Shown here one piece after another: positions 1-9,301 of a DNA stretch of 64,000 bases. The notes below the pieces were generated by a model that was given only the letters and a program-made list of their open reading frames with translations, was not told the DNA's origin and ran no database searches. The stretch lies in contig CAYXRK010000003.1 of NCBI GenBank assembly GCA_964467615.1, positions 14,624 through 78,623 of the forward strand, in the 5' to 3' direction. Made by a program: the position numbers and the translations under genes. Each line of letters opens with the position of its first letter. Position 1 is the stretch's first letter. The stretch comes from an uncultured Nitrospirales bacterium. GTDB taxonomy: Bacteria; Hydrogenedentota; Hydrogenedentia; Hydrogenedentales; GCA-2746185.

Positions 1-488
1 CCGGCCCGGCCGCCGCCCGCGCCAAACGAGACAACCCCTACCAACCCGGCGACATCCTGAAATCCTGGAATGCCTTTCACGCGGCCCGCCGCGGATTCGG
101 ACCCCAAATGTCCGACGAGGAATATGCCAAGTCCATCGCGGAGGCCGACCTTAACGGCGGCCGCGGCCCCGACCAGAAAGAGATCGAGTGCTTCGAAACA
201 ATGCTCGGCTCCGGCCAAGGCGGGCTGCTCGGTGCAATCTTCGAAGCAAACGCCGAGGAAACCCTCGCCTCCAAAGACGTCGGCACTGCGCCCGGCATGC
301 TCAAGGGCGTCGAGAACCTCCTCGCGTTCTACGTCACCCTCGGCGACGAAGGCAGCATGAGTTTCCTCAAACAGTTCCTCACGAACTCCCCCGCCACCCA
401 GCTAATGAAAACCAAATTCGACGGCCACTATCTCACGTTTGGTTCAGCCGCGATCTGCGCCGACCTCGCGAAATGCACCGGCCAATGA
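1..488 (+). CDS. hypothetical protein, 5'-partial (reading frame open to the window edge)
   Basis: Frame 3 is open from nt 3 to the TGA at 486-488; the ORF track gives 108..488, but there is no in-frame stop upstream, so the gene probably begins outside the window. No recognisable motif. Confidence 0.4.
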   Translation, partial: GPAAARAKRDNPYQPGDILKSWNAFHAARRGFGPQMSDEEYAKSIAEADLNGGRGPDQKEIECFETMLGSGQGGLLGAIFEANAEETLASKDVGTAPGMLKGVENLLAFYVTLGDEGSMSFLKQFLTNSPATQLMKTKFDGHYLTFGSAAICADLAKCTGQ

Positions 489-510
489 CCCTGACGTGGA
501 AACTAAACAC

Positions 511-1395
511 ATGACCGCCATCAGCGCCGCCGATCCCTACCCGCGCAAACGCGTCAACGTCCTCGACTCCGAAATCGCCTACGTCGACACCGGTGCGGGC
601 GATCCGGTCGTCTTCCTCCACGGCAACCCTACCTCCTCCTACCTTTGGCGCAACGTCATCCCCCGCGTCGAAGGCGGCTCGGCCCGCTGTCTCGCGCCCG
701 ATCTCATCGGCATGGGCCAGTCCGGCAAATCCGGCGACGGCAGCTACACGTTCGCTGACCATGCCAAGTACCTCGACACTTGGTTTGACGCCCTCGCGCT
801 ACGCAAGAATATCGTCCTCGTCATTCACGATTGGGGCTCGGCCCTAGGCTTCCACTGGGCGCACCGCAACCGTGGCCGTGTCCGAGGCATCGTCTACATG
901 GAAGCCATCGTCATGTCCCTACGCTGGGACGACTGGCCCGAATCCGCCCGCAAAATTTTCCAAGGCATGCGGTCCGACGCAGGCGAGGAAATGGTCCTCA
1001 AGAAAAACGTCTTCGTCGAACGCATCCTCCCGGCGAGCGTGTTGCGCGGCCTCACCGACGCCGAAATGGCCGTTTACCGCAAACCCTACCTCGAGGAAGG
1101 CGAATCCCGCCGGCCCACCCTTACCTGGCCGCGCCAGATTCCCATCGACGGCCAGCCGCCCGATGTCGTAGGCATCGTCGACGCCTACGCGAAATGGCTG
1201 GCAGCGGACGCCTCGCTCCCAAAACTTTTCATCAACGCCGATCCCGGCACCATCCTCACCGGCCGCCAACGCGAATTCTGCCGCGCGTGGCCCAACCAAG
1301 AAGAGATCACCGTCAAAAGCTCGCACTTCATCCAAGAAGATTCGCCCGAGGAAATCGGGGACGCCGTCCGCCACTTCATCCAGCGCATTCCGTAA
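511..1395 (+). CDS. dhaA: haloalkane dehalogenase, DhaA-type (HLD-II alpha/beta hydrolase)
   Basis: Nucleophile motif 'VIHDWGSALGFHWA' with flanking 'RGIVYMEAI', almost identical to the DhaA block. Start placed at ATG 511 (MTAISAADPYP...), giving the ~294 aa typical of HLDs; the ORF track's 439 start would add an atypical 24-aa extension. Confidence 0.8.
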   Translation: MTAISAADPYPRKRVNVLDSEIAYVDTGAGDPVVFLHGNPTSSYLWRNVIPRVEGGSARCLAPDLIGMGQSGKSGDGSYTFADHAKYLDTWFDALALRKNIVLVIHDWGSALGFHWAHRNRGRVRGIVYMEAIVMSLRWDDWPESARKIFQGMRSDAGEEMVLKKNVFVERILPASVLRGLTDAEMAVYRKPYLEEGESRRPTLTWPRQIPIDGQPPDVVGIVDAYAKWLAADASLPKLFINADPGTILTGRQREFCRAWPNQEEITVKSSHFIQEDSPEEIGDAVRHFIQRIP

Positions 1396-1470
1396 CTCGC
1401 TCCAATCGGATGATCAATCCCCACGATTGAGCGTAGCACCAGCATCGGCCCGGTCTCGTAGTTCGCGAAG

Positions 1471-3216
1471 TTACGCGAGGACGGGACGGGGATCAGGTTG
1501 CGCAGGGGGGCGGCGGTGGCTGAAGAAGACGCGGACGGCCTCGATTAGGAGGAGCGCGGCGAGGGCAACGAGGACCAGCGCGGCCCAGGCGACGGGTTCG
1601 TTCGGGAGGCCTTTGTATTCCCATTCGGTGGTGAAGAACCCCTTGCGCACGAATTCCAGCAAGGCCCAGCCGCTCATGCAATACATGAACACGGTCGGGA
1701 CGCCGGCGACGTACCAGACCCAGCGGGCGTGGTAGGTGCGCCAGAGCCACACGGTGACGCCGACGAGAGTGAGCGCGGCGAGCAGTTGGTTGCTCGCGCC
1801 GAAGAGTCCCCAGAACAAACGCCACGCGGGGACGGGGTTGCCCGCGGCGTCGGTGGTGGTTTGGGTGACGAAGATGATCGGGATGCCGGCGGTGAGGACA
1901 GTCGAGAACCAGCGGCCGGCCGCGTGTTCCCAGCCGGTGAGTTCCTGGATGATGTAGCGGCCGAGCCGCGTGCAGACGTCGAGCGTGTCGTAGACGAAGG
2001 TCGTGAACGCAAGCAGGCCGAACGAGATGCCGAAGGAGGCGGGAATACCGATGACGCCGAGGAACGAACCGATGCCCTGGGCGTAGACGAAGTTGGGCTT
2101 GCCTTGGAGCGCCCTGGCGGCCTCGGGAGTGAGGAGCATCACGCAGGAGAGCGAGATGACGGCGACCATGGCCTCGAGCAACATCGAACCGTAGCCGATG
2201 ACTTTGGCGTCGGTTTCCTTGCGGAGCTGTTTCGAGGTCGTGCCCGACGCGATGATGGAATGGAAGCCGGAACACGCGCCGCATGCGATCGTGATGAAGA
2301 GCATCGGCGCGAGGGTATCGCCGTTGGCCGATGTCCAGCCGACGTACGCGGGGTACTGCGCGCCTTGTCCGCCGAGGATGAGGCCGAGCATGCCGCCGCC
2401 GAGCGCGGCATAGAGGAAGTATCCGCCGAGGTGTCCGCGCGGCTGAAGCAGCAGCCAGACCGGCGCGACGCTCGCGGCGAAGCAATACCCGAGCAGGAGG
2501 ACATCCCAAGTTTTGTGGGCGGACGTCTCGGATGTACCCAGCACGGCGGCCAGATCGAACGGGATGTATTCGCCTACCCAAATCGAAACCCCCACGAGCG
2601 GGAGGAAGATGATCGTGGCCCAGAGAAGCGAGAGCCGCGTGTATCGAAGGAGCAGGCCCATCGCGATGGGCAAGGCGAGGTACATGAGCGACGAGGTGGC
2701 CACGCCGCCGCCGGTGACCGTCATTCCGTTTTCGAGTTCCTGCACGCCGACGAAGGTCCCGGCGACGATGTCGGTAAACGCGACGATGATGTAGACGAGG
2801 GCGATCCAAATGAAGATTAGGAAGAGGATGTAAGAGCGCTGGGACATGTGGACGCGGACGACCTCGGCGATCGAGCGGGCCTTGTGGCGGACGGACGCGG
2901 TGAGCGCGGTGATGTCGTGTACGCCGCCGATGAAGATGCTGCCGACGAGAATCCAGATGAGCGCGGGGAGCCATCCGAACATGACGCCGGCGAGGATTGG
3001 CCCAACGATGGGGCCCGCGGCGGCGATGGCGGAGAAGTGTTGGCCCATGAGGAACTTCGGCTCGATGGGCGCGTAGTCGACGTCGTCGCGCATTTCGACG
3101 GCGGGCGTGACGGCGCTGGGGTCGAGGCGGAGCAGCCGCGCGAGAAGGTTGCCGTAGACGCGATACGCGACGATCAGGCAGACGGCGGAAATTAGGATGA
3201 TGGGCAATAGGGACAC
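1471..3216 (-). CDS. cstA: carbon starvation protein A (CstA family peptide/pyruvate transporter)
   Basis: 581-aa polytopic membrane protein with CstA N-terminal and core conservation (MSLLPIILISAVCLIVAYRVYG..., GWLPALIWILVG...). Confidence 0.8.
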   Translation of the reverse strand: MSLLPIILISAVCLIVAYRVYGNLLARLLRLDPSAVTPAVEMRDDVDYAPIEPKFLMGQHFSAIAAAGPIVGPILAGVMFGWLPALIWILVGSIFIGGVHDITALTASVRHKARSIAEVVRVHMSQRSYILFLIFIWIALVYIIVAFTDIVAGTFVGVQELENGMTVTGGGVATSSLMYLALPIAMGLLLRYTRLSLLWATIIFLPLVGVSIWVGEYIPFDLAAVLGTSETSAHKTWDVLLLGYCFAASVAPVWLLLQPRGHLGGYFLYAALGGGMLGLILGGQGAQYPAYVGWTSANGDTLAPMLFITIACGACSGFHSIIASGTTSKQLRKETDAKVIGYGSMLLEAMVAVISLSCVMLLTPEAARALQGKPNFVYAQGIGSFLGVIGIPASFGISFGLLAFTTFVYDTLDVCTRLGRYIIQELTGWEHAAGRWFSTVLTAGIPIIFVTQTTTDAAGNPVPAWRLFWGLFGASNQLLAALTLVGVTVWLWRTYHARWVWYVAGVPTVFMYCMSGWALLEFVRKGFFTTEWEYKGLPNEPVAWAALVLVALAALLLIEAVRVFFSHRRPPAQPDPRPVLA

Positions 3217-3254
3217 AACGCTAGCCTTGATTCCATCTACTCGAAAAATCGGAT

Positions 3255-3632
3255 TTACTTTGCGCGCTCATCTACTTCGAATATTCCAAATGTATTGCTG
3301 TCGGTATCGATAAAATATCCCTGCCAGCATCGTCCAGGGATGGCGAATTTCGGCAAGGCCACGATGCCGCCGCGTTCAAGAATTTTCTTCGCCGTTGCAT
3401 CGAAGTCTTCCACCTCAACCGAGCAGGTAAAGGCGTTGGTGCCAAATTCTTGCGGAGGAGTTTTAGCGGGGCGCTTCAAGAGGCCGCCGTTAATTCCGTT
3501 GGTCTCGATCCGATAGTACTCAATGGGCACGAATTCTTCCTTTATGAAATTCCAGCCGAAGACATTCTCGTAAAAGGCTATCGTCTTTTCCGGATCTGAT
3601 GCCTGTATCTCAAAATATGCGATCGTGTTCAT
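3255..3632 (-). CDS. VOC / glyoxalase-bleomycin resistance family protein
   Basis: 125 aa; 'AYFEIQASDPEKTIAFYENVFGWNF' is the typical VOC beta-alpha-beta-beta-beta N-terminus. Confidence 0.65.
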   Translation of the reverse strand: MNTIAYFEIQASDPEKTIAFYENVFGWNFIKEEFVPIEYYRIETNGINGGLLKRPAKTPPQEFGTNAFTCSVEVEDFDATAKKILERGGIVALPKFAIPGRCWQGYFIDTDSNTFGIFEVDERAK

Positions 3633-3724
3633 GGCTCGATTGCTCTCCTCGGCTGCCGCCTACAATCCCTAAAATCAGTATGGATGAATCTGCGGTTTTC
3701 GTCAACTGACGGTGCTCTAAGCGA

Positions 3725-5050
3725 TCATCCTGATTCTGGGTCTTGCGCCGCGTCCATGTTTCTTTGGGCGGTTTCGGCGGCTAGGTAGACAGAGAGCGCA
3801 GTGATGGTCGACAGGCCGATGATGTAGAGGGCAATGGGCCAGGAGCTTCCGGTGGATCTGAGCAGGCTGGTGGCGATCAGCGGGGATAGGCCGCCGGCGA
3901 TGACGGAGGCGAGTTGATAGCCGAGCGATGCGCCGCTGTAACGCACGCGCGTGTCGAAGAGCTCGGAGAAGAAACTGGCGAGCGGGCCGTACATGGCGGC
4001 GTGCGTCACGGGAAGCGCGACGATGACCGCCACGACCATCAGCGCGGCGTTTGACGTGTCGATCAGCCAGAAAAACGGGAACGCGAAGAGACCGGTGCCT
4101 ATCGCGCCGAAGAGGAAGACGGGCCTGCGGCCACGATAATCGGACAGCCAGCCGTAGAAAGGAATCGTGAGGATTTCCAGAGCAGCAGCGAGAGAGACGG
4201 CGGCAAGGATGGCCGAGCGAGAGAAGCCGATATCGGGCTGCGTTGCGTACGTGAGAATGAACACGGTGTAGAGGTAGAAGGCGCCGTTTTCGGCAAGCCG
4301 CGCGCCCATCGCGAGGAGCAGGTTTTTCGGGTGTTGGCGGATCGCGTCGAGGACGGGCATTCGCGATTCGGTCCGGGCTTTCTTGATGTCGGTGAACGCG
4401 GGCGGATCCTCGATGGCCAAGCGAATGTAGAGACCGACAGCGACCAGGAACGCGCTGAGCAGGAACGCAATGCGCCAGCCCCAGGAGAGCAACGCTTCCT
4501 CGGAGAGTTGCGAGAGCAGGCCGAAGATTCCGGTCGCGAGGAGCAGGCCGACGGGCACGCCGATTTGCGGCCAGCTTCCGTAGAAACCGCGCTTGCCGTG
4601 CGGCGAATGTTCGACGGCCATGAGGACCGCGCCGCCCCATTCGCCGCCGACGCCAAAACCCTGGACGAGGCGCAGCAGGACGAGCAGTATCGGCGCCCAG
4701 ACGCCGATGCTGTCGTACGTCGGAAGCAGGCCGATCAGAAACGTGGCGATACCCATGAGGAGGAGCGTAAACACCAACATCGATTTGCGCCCGATGCGGT
4801 CGCCAAAGTGGCCGCAGACGATTCCGCCGATGGGGCGCGCGACGAACCCCACCGCGTAGGTGCCGTATGCCGCGAGTGTGGCGGTCAGGGGGTCGTACTT
4901 CGGGAAGAAGAGCGGACCGAAGACCAGCGCGCTCGCAGTCCCGTAAAGAAAAAAGTCGTACCATTCGATCGCGCTGCCGACGAAGCTGGCGATGGCGACT
5001 TTGCGAATGGAGTTGCCGGCCGGGGTGGAAGTGTCGCTAGCCATTTTCAC
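3725..5050 (-). CDS. MFS transporter, metabolite:H+ symporter (MHS; ProP/KgtP-like)
   Basis: 441 aa, 12 TM. MFS signature 'GHFGDRIGRKSM' and the MHS N-terminus 'FVGSAIEWYDFFLYGTASALVFGPLFFP'. Confidence 0.8.
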   Translation of the reverse strand: MKMASDTSTPAGNSIRKVAIASFVGSAIEWYDFFLYGTASALVFGPLFFPKYDPLTATLAAYGTYAVGFVARPIGGIVCGHFGDRIGRKSMLVFTLLLMGIATFLIGLLPTYDSIGVWAPILLVLLRLVQGFGVGGEWGGAVLMAVEHSPHGKRGFYGSWPQIGVPVGLLLATGIFGLLSQLSEEALLSWGWRIAFLLSAFLVAVGLYIRLAIEDPPAFTDIKKARTESRMPVLDAIRQHPKNLLLAMGARLAENGAFYLYTVFILTYATQPDIGFSRSAILAAVSLAAALEILTIPFYGWLSDYRGRRPVFLFGAIGTGLFAFPFFWLIDTSNAALMVVAVIVALPVTHAAMYGPLASFFSELFDTRVRYSGASLGYQLASVIAGGLSPLIATSLLRSTGSSWPIALYIIGLSTITALSVYLAAETAQRNMDAAQDPESG

Positions 5051-5063
5051 CCAACCTGGTTGC

Positions 5064-5357
5064 CTAGACTATCCCGCGATCTCGTAAGAAGCGGTCCCGT
5101 TCCCCGAGGTCTACTTGGGTGGCGAGATCAACTTCAATCGCCTCTTCCAAATTGGCGAGTGCTTCATCCACGGTGTCGCCGCAACTCGCAGTGTCGAGTT
5201 CTTCGCATACCGCCGAGTACTGTCCGTCTTCCGCCTTGATGTTGTACGTGAGCGTCATCGACGGTGTCGCATCGCATGCTCGCCTCGTGCGAATCGTTTT
5301 CATCGGGTCAGTGTACAGGACGACCGAAAATGATCGTAGGCCCTTCCGATCCTCCAA
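5064..5357 (-). CDS. HicB-like antitoxin family protein (UPF0150); the real start is probably internal (ATG at 5303 or 5258)
   Basis: 'TLTYNIKAEDGQYSAVCEELDTASCGDTVDEALANLEEAIEVDL' matches the HicB/UPF0150 fold pattern (beta strands followed by the ALxNLxEAIE helix). No HicA partner is in frame nearby. Confidence 0.5.
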   Translation of the reverse strand: MEDRKGLRSFSVVLYTDPMKTIRTRRACDATPSMTLTYNIKAEDGQYSAVCEELDTASCGDTVDEALANLEEAIEVDLATQVDLGERDRFLRDRGIV

Positions 5358-5370
5358 TACCTCGCACTTC

Positions 5371-6840
5371 TCACGTTACGCCAGACGGTGCAACCGCGGG
5401 ACGTCCCTCGAAGCGCGCGACGATGGCCGCGCCGATGCTATCGCCCATAACGTTGACGGTCGTGCGGCACATGTCCAACACGCGGTCCACGCCGAGGATT
5501 AAGCCGAGCGCCTCGAGGGGCAGGCCGACGGCGTCATAGATGAGGCCCATCATCGCGATGCTGCCGCCGGGAATGCCGGCGGTCCCGATGGAAATCACAA
5601 TCGACATGACGAAGATGGTGAGTTGTTGCGTCGTCGTCATGTCGATTCCCAGGACCTCGGCGACGAAGAGCGTGGCGACCGCCGTATAGAGCGCCGTGCC
5701 GTCCATGTTTGCAGTCGCGCCGATGGGTAGAACGAACTGGACGATGCCGCGATCCACGCCGAGGCGTTCGACCGCGCAACGGATGTTGATCGGCAATGCG
5801 GCGTTGCTCGAAGAGGTCGTGAACGCGACTTGCATGGCGGGGGCCATCGCGCGAACGTAACGGGCCGGCGATATTCCGGCGACGAGGCCGACCATGACGA
5901 ATATCAAGAAGCCCGCATGCACGACCAAGCCGAGGACCACCGTGATCACATAGACGGAGAGGCTTTGCAAGTACTCGAAGCCCAAGGTCGCGATGGCGTG
6001 GGCCATCAACGCGAACACGCCAAGCGGCGCAAGATTCATGATCCACATGATGATCGTGATCAACGCACCGTCCGCCGCTTGGAGCGCTTTGATCGCGCTT
6101 TCCGATCGCTCGCCGATCGCCCCGAGCCCCGCGCCGAGCAGCAACGCCAGCGTGATGATCGCAAGAATCGGCGCCTTGTCCGTATCAGTCACCATGATCG
6201 GATTCTGAAAGATTTGCGGGAGTATTTCTTTCTGGATTTTCATCCCCGCGGACAACGCCGGCGCTTCCTTCGCTTCCGGAGCGTCGCCCTCCGCGGCCTT
6301 CTCCGCTAGATATTGGTCGCCGACGGATTGCATGCCCCTGCCAGGGTGAATCACGTTGAAGAACATCATCCCGATGAACACGGCGACACTCGTCGAGGTG
6401 AGAAAGAACGCCGTGACCTTGAGACCTACGGAGCCGAGTTTTCGCACGTCCCCCAGGCCTGCCGCGCCGAGCAGCACTGAGACGAACACCAGCGGCACGA
6501 TCACCATCTTCAGCGGCAACAGGAACAGTTGGCCGAATACGCCGAGGTAGTCGGTCACCACGACAAGCCGGCCCGCTACCGCAAGGCCCCAGCCCGCCGC
6601 GATGCCCAGCACCATCGCGATGAAAATTTGCGCGGGCAGGCCGAATCGGCCAGGTAGAACCAGTCCGAACAGCACCAGCGCCGCGAACACAGCGGCGGAA
6701 TCCGTCACGAGCGGGCCCGCGTCAAGCGATTCGTTATCGACGAATTGACACGCCCCCACGAGTACGAACGCGAAAGCCGCGAACGCTGCGAGGATTCCCG
6801 GGGAGAAATTCATCTTCGGAACGTAGCGGCTAACCGACAA
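5371..6840 (-). CDS. dicarboxylate/amino acid:cation (Na+/H+) symporter, DAACS family (GltP-like)
   Basis: 489-aa polytopic protein with DAACS family conservation throughout (..GAAGLGDVRKLGSVGLK.., ..IGTAGIPGGSIAMMGLIYDAVGLP..). The start may instead be M10 (6813). Confidence 0.75.
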   Translation of the reverse strand: MSVSRYVPKMNFSPGILAAFAAFAFVLVGACQFVDNESLDAGPLVTDSAAVFAALVLFGLVLPGRFGLPAQIFIAMVLGIAAGWGLAVAGRLVVVTDYLGVFGQLFLLPLKMVIVPLVFVSVLLGAAGLGDVRKLGSVGLKVTAFFLTSTSVAVFIGMMFFNVIHPGRGMQSVGDQYLAEKAAEGDAPEAKEAPALSAGMKIQKEILPQIFQNPIMVTDTDKAPILAIITLALLLGAGLGAIGERSESAIKALQAADGALITIIMWIMNLAPLGVFALMAHAIATLGFEYLQSLSVYVITVVLGLVVHAGFLIFVMVGLVAGISPARYVRAMAPAMQVAFTTSSSNAALPINIRCAVERLGVDRGIVQFVLPIGATANMDGTALYTAVATLFVAEVLGIDMTTTQQLTIFVMSIVISIGTAGIPGGSIAMMGLIYDAVGLPLEALGLILGVDRVLDMCRTTVNVMGDSIGAAIVARFEGRPAVAPSGVT

Positions 6841-6934
6841 TCTTGATGACGATGAAGCCGATCACGAACGGCGCGAGGACCGCCAGCCACATTTTGTGTT
6901 CGAGTAGGAACTGGGTGATTCCCTGTATGTCCAT
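6830..6934 (-). CDS. small single-TM protein (34 aa, MDIQGITQFLLEHKMWLAVLAPFVIGFIVIKIVG), possible accessory peptide of the adjacent symporter
   Basis: GAGGA Shine-Dalgarno 9 nt upstream of the ATG at 6934. One hydrophobic helix. The stop overlaps the annotated symporter start by 11 nt (apparent translational coupling). Confidence 0.35.
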   Translation of the reverse strand: MDIQGITQFLLEHKMWLAVLAPFVIGFIVIKIVG

Positions 6935-7064
6935 CGAACGATCCTCGGAATTCGTTCCGAATCTAACATAGGCCAGGGTGCGTTGCAATGAGGGGTGATT
7001 TCGCCTTCGAATTCGTCCGGCCAAAGCATCGCGCGATTTCTCGACGGGGTGAGGTCGTGTTAGA

Positions 7065-8387
7065 TTGGGCGGAATTTGGAGATCCGTTGTGTCAGGCGGT
7101 TTTCACACGCTCGACGAATATTTCCGCGCGCGGCCCGAACGCGATCACGCGATTCGCGAGTGCTACGTGGGCGAGGAGGCCGCCGCGCGGCTTGGCCGTT
7201 TCGCGCGGGACGAGTTGGGACATCAGGCGCTTGTCGTGTGCGATGAAAATACGTTCGCGGCGGGTGGCGAGCAGGTGCTGGCTGCGCTGCGCGACGCCGG
7301 TAAGACGTATGACCTTCGACGATTTGGCGCTGCGCCGATTGACGCGACCGTTGAACTCGGCGACGAAGTCGCAGCGGCGGGCCACCAATCCGATTTCTTC
7401 GCTGCGATTGGTTCGGGATCGATTTGCGATCTCGCGAAACACGCGGGCCACAAACTCGGCAAACCTGTGGTCCTCTACGCGACGGCGGCGTCGATGAACG
7501 GCTACACCTCCGGTATCGTCGCGGTCAAAGTGCGCGGGCTGAAACGCACGATCCCCTGCGCGCCGGCCGTTGGCGTGTTCGCGGACCCTCGCGCCGCCGC
7601 GACCGCGCCGCGACGCATGGTGGCCGCGGGGATCGCGGACTACTTGTCCAAAGCGTCGAGCGCGACGGACTGGCGCGTCGGCCACGCGCTGCGCGGCGGA
7701 TTCTTCTCGGATGAACCGCGCCGCCTATTCGAAGGCACGCAGGAGCGCGTGCTGTGCGCCGCGCAACGGATTGGCCGCGGCGAAATCGAGGCCTACGCCA
7801 CGGTGCTCGACGCGCTGATGCTATCGGGATACTCGATGGTCATCGCGGGGTCGTCCTCGCCCGCGTCCGGCGGCGAGCACCTCATCTCGCACTACGTGGA
7901 CATGAAGTCGGCCCTGTACGGCACGCCGCACGACTTGCACGGGACGCAGGTGGGCGTGGCGACGTTGCACTGTCTTCGGCTTTGGGAGCGCATCCTGGCG
8001 CTCGACGCGGCGGATATTGACGTGGACGCATGTCTCGCCGCGCAACCGTCGGAGGAACAAATCGACCATTGGATTGACGAGGACTGGGGCGGCGAGGTGT
8101 CGCAAGAGGTCCGCGCGCAATGGCGCGAGAAACGGTTAGCGCCCGAGGCGATGCGCGCGGAAATCGAGTTGTTTCGACGGCAACTGTCCGCCAACCGGGA
8201 GGCATGGGGCAAGGACTTGTTGCCGTCGACTGCGGTGGAGAAGGCGATTGCCGGTGCGGGCGGCCCCGTGACCCCCGAGGTGATGCACGCGCCGCTCGAC
8301 GTCTACACCAAGGCCCTCGAGCGCGCCCGCTTCATCCGCAACCGGTTCACGGTGTTGGACCTGGCCGCGGAACTTACCCTGCGATAA
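7065..8387 (+). CDS. iron-containing alcohol dehydrogenase superfamily protein, glycerol-1-phosphate dehydrogenase/AraM-like
   Basis: NAD(P)-binding 'AIGSGSICDLAKHAG' (GGGxxxDxxK-type) and 'YATAASMNGYTSG' resemble the G1PDH/Fe-ADH_2 family. Start is TTG 7065 or GTG 7089. Confidence 0.55.
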   Translation: MGGIWRSVVSGGFHTLDEYFRARPERDHAIRECYVGEEAAARLGRFARDELGHQALVVCDENTFAAGGEQVLAALRDAGKTYDLRRFGAAPIDATVELGDEVAAAGHQSDFFAAIGSGSICDLAKHAGHKLGKPVVLYATAASMNGYTSGIVAVKVRGLKRTIPCAPAVGVFADPRAAATAPRRMVAAGIADYLSKASSATDWRVGHALRGGFFSDEPRRLFEGTQERVLCAAQRIGRGEIEAYATVLDALMLSGYSMVIAGSSSPASGGEHLISHYVDMKSALYGTPHDLHGTQVGVATLHCLRLWERILALDAADIDVDACLAAQPSEEQIDHWIDEDWGGEVSQEVRAQWREKRLAPEAMRAEIELFRRQLSANREAWGKDLLPSTAVEKAIAGAGGPVTPEVMHAPLDVYTKALERARFIRNRFTVLDLAAELTLR

Positions 8388-8479
8388 CGATGGGCGGGTT
8401 GCGCGGTCCTCGATGCGTCGTGTTTAATTCGCATCGTGCGGGATCCATCCGCGCTTGTATCGCGACGACTATACTGCGC

Positions 8480-9268
8480 ATGAAAATCCATCCGACCGCC
8501 ATTGTCCATCCCAACGCCGAATTGGCGGATGACGTCGAAGTGCAGGCGTATTCGATCATAGGGCCGCACGTGAAAATAGGGCCGGGGAGCGTGGTCGGGC
8601 CGCATTGCGTGGTGGATGGGCGGACGGTGCTCGGCGCGCGGAACCTGATTTACAGCGGCGCGCAAATCGGGGTCGTGTCGCAGGACAAAAAGCACCGGGG
8701 GAGCTTCGTCGGACGGACGCACATCGGCGACGAGAACATCTTCCGCGAGCACGTGACGATCAGCGCGAGCACGATTTCATCGGAGGAAGACGACCACCGG
8801 GCGACGACGATCGGCAACGATTGCATGTTCATGGCCAACAGCCACGTCGGGCACGACAGCCACGTCGGCAACAGCGTGATCATGGCGAACAGCGTGGCGC
8901 TGGCGGGCCACGTGGACGTACACGACTTTGCGAACATCGGCGGGCTTTGCGGCGTTCATCAAGAGTGCGTCGTCGGGACGATGGCGTTTGTCGGCGGGCT
9001 GACGCGCGTCTCGAAAGACCCGCCGCCGTATATGATCGTGGAAGGCAACCCGCCCCGTTGCGGCGGGCCGAACCAAATCGGGCTGAAGCGACGCGGTCTC
9101 GATGAGGCCGCGCGCGATCGCGTCAAGACGATGTACAAGCTCATGTGGTGGTCGAAACTGAACACCACGCAGGCGCTTCAGGAGATCGAACGTTCGGTCG
9201 ATCAAAGCATCGAGCGCGAGACATTCGTGAGTTTCGTGCGCGGATCCGTCCGCGGAATCATCAAGTAG
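8480..9268 (+). CDS. lpxA: acyl-ACP--UDP-N-acetylglucosamine O-acyltransferase
   Basis: 'MKIHPTAIVHPNAELADDVEVQAYSIIGPHVKIGPGSVVGPHCVV' shows the LpxA hexapeptide left-handed beta-helix plus the LpxA C-terminal helical domain. The ORF-track extension to 8120 is an Arg-rich upstream read-through, not part of the protein. Confidence 0.9.
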   Translation: MKIHPTAIVHPNAELADDVEVQAYSIIGPHVKIGPGSVVGPHCVVDGRTVLGARNLIYSGAQIGVVSQDKKHRGSFVGRTHIGDENIFREHVTISASTISSEEDDHRATTIGNDCMFMANSHVGHDSHVGNSVIMANSVALAGHVDVHDFANIGGLCGVHQECVVGTMAFVGGLTRVSKDPPPYMIVEGNPPRCGGPNQIGLKRRGLDEAARDRVKTMYKLMWWSKLNTTQALQEIERSVDQSIERETFVSFVRGSVRGIIK

Positions 9269-9301
9269 CGCGATCCGGTTTCCTATCTCCGCGGCTGGAT
9301 T

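Noticed and set aside
1493-2974. 493-aa Arg/Pro/His-rich ORF on the minus strand
   Set aside because: It lies in an alternative frame inside cstA. Its Arg-rich low-complexity composition is typical of an off-frame translation of GC-rich coding DNA.
8120-8479. 5' extension of lpxA (382-aa track ORF)
   Set aside because: The extension is Arg/Gly-rich with no LpxA homology. The canonical LpxA N-terminus (MKIHPTAIV) starts at 8480, and the upstream part overlaps the end of the preceding gene.
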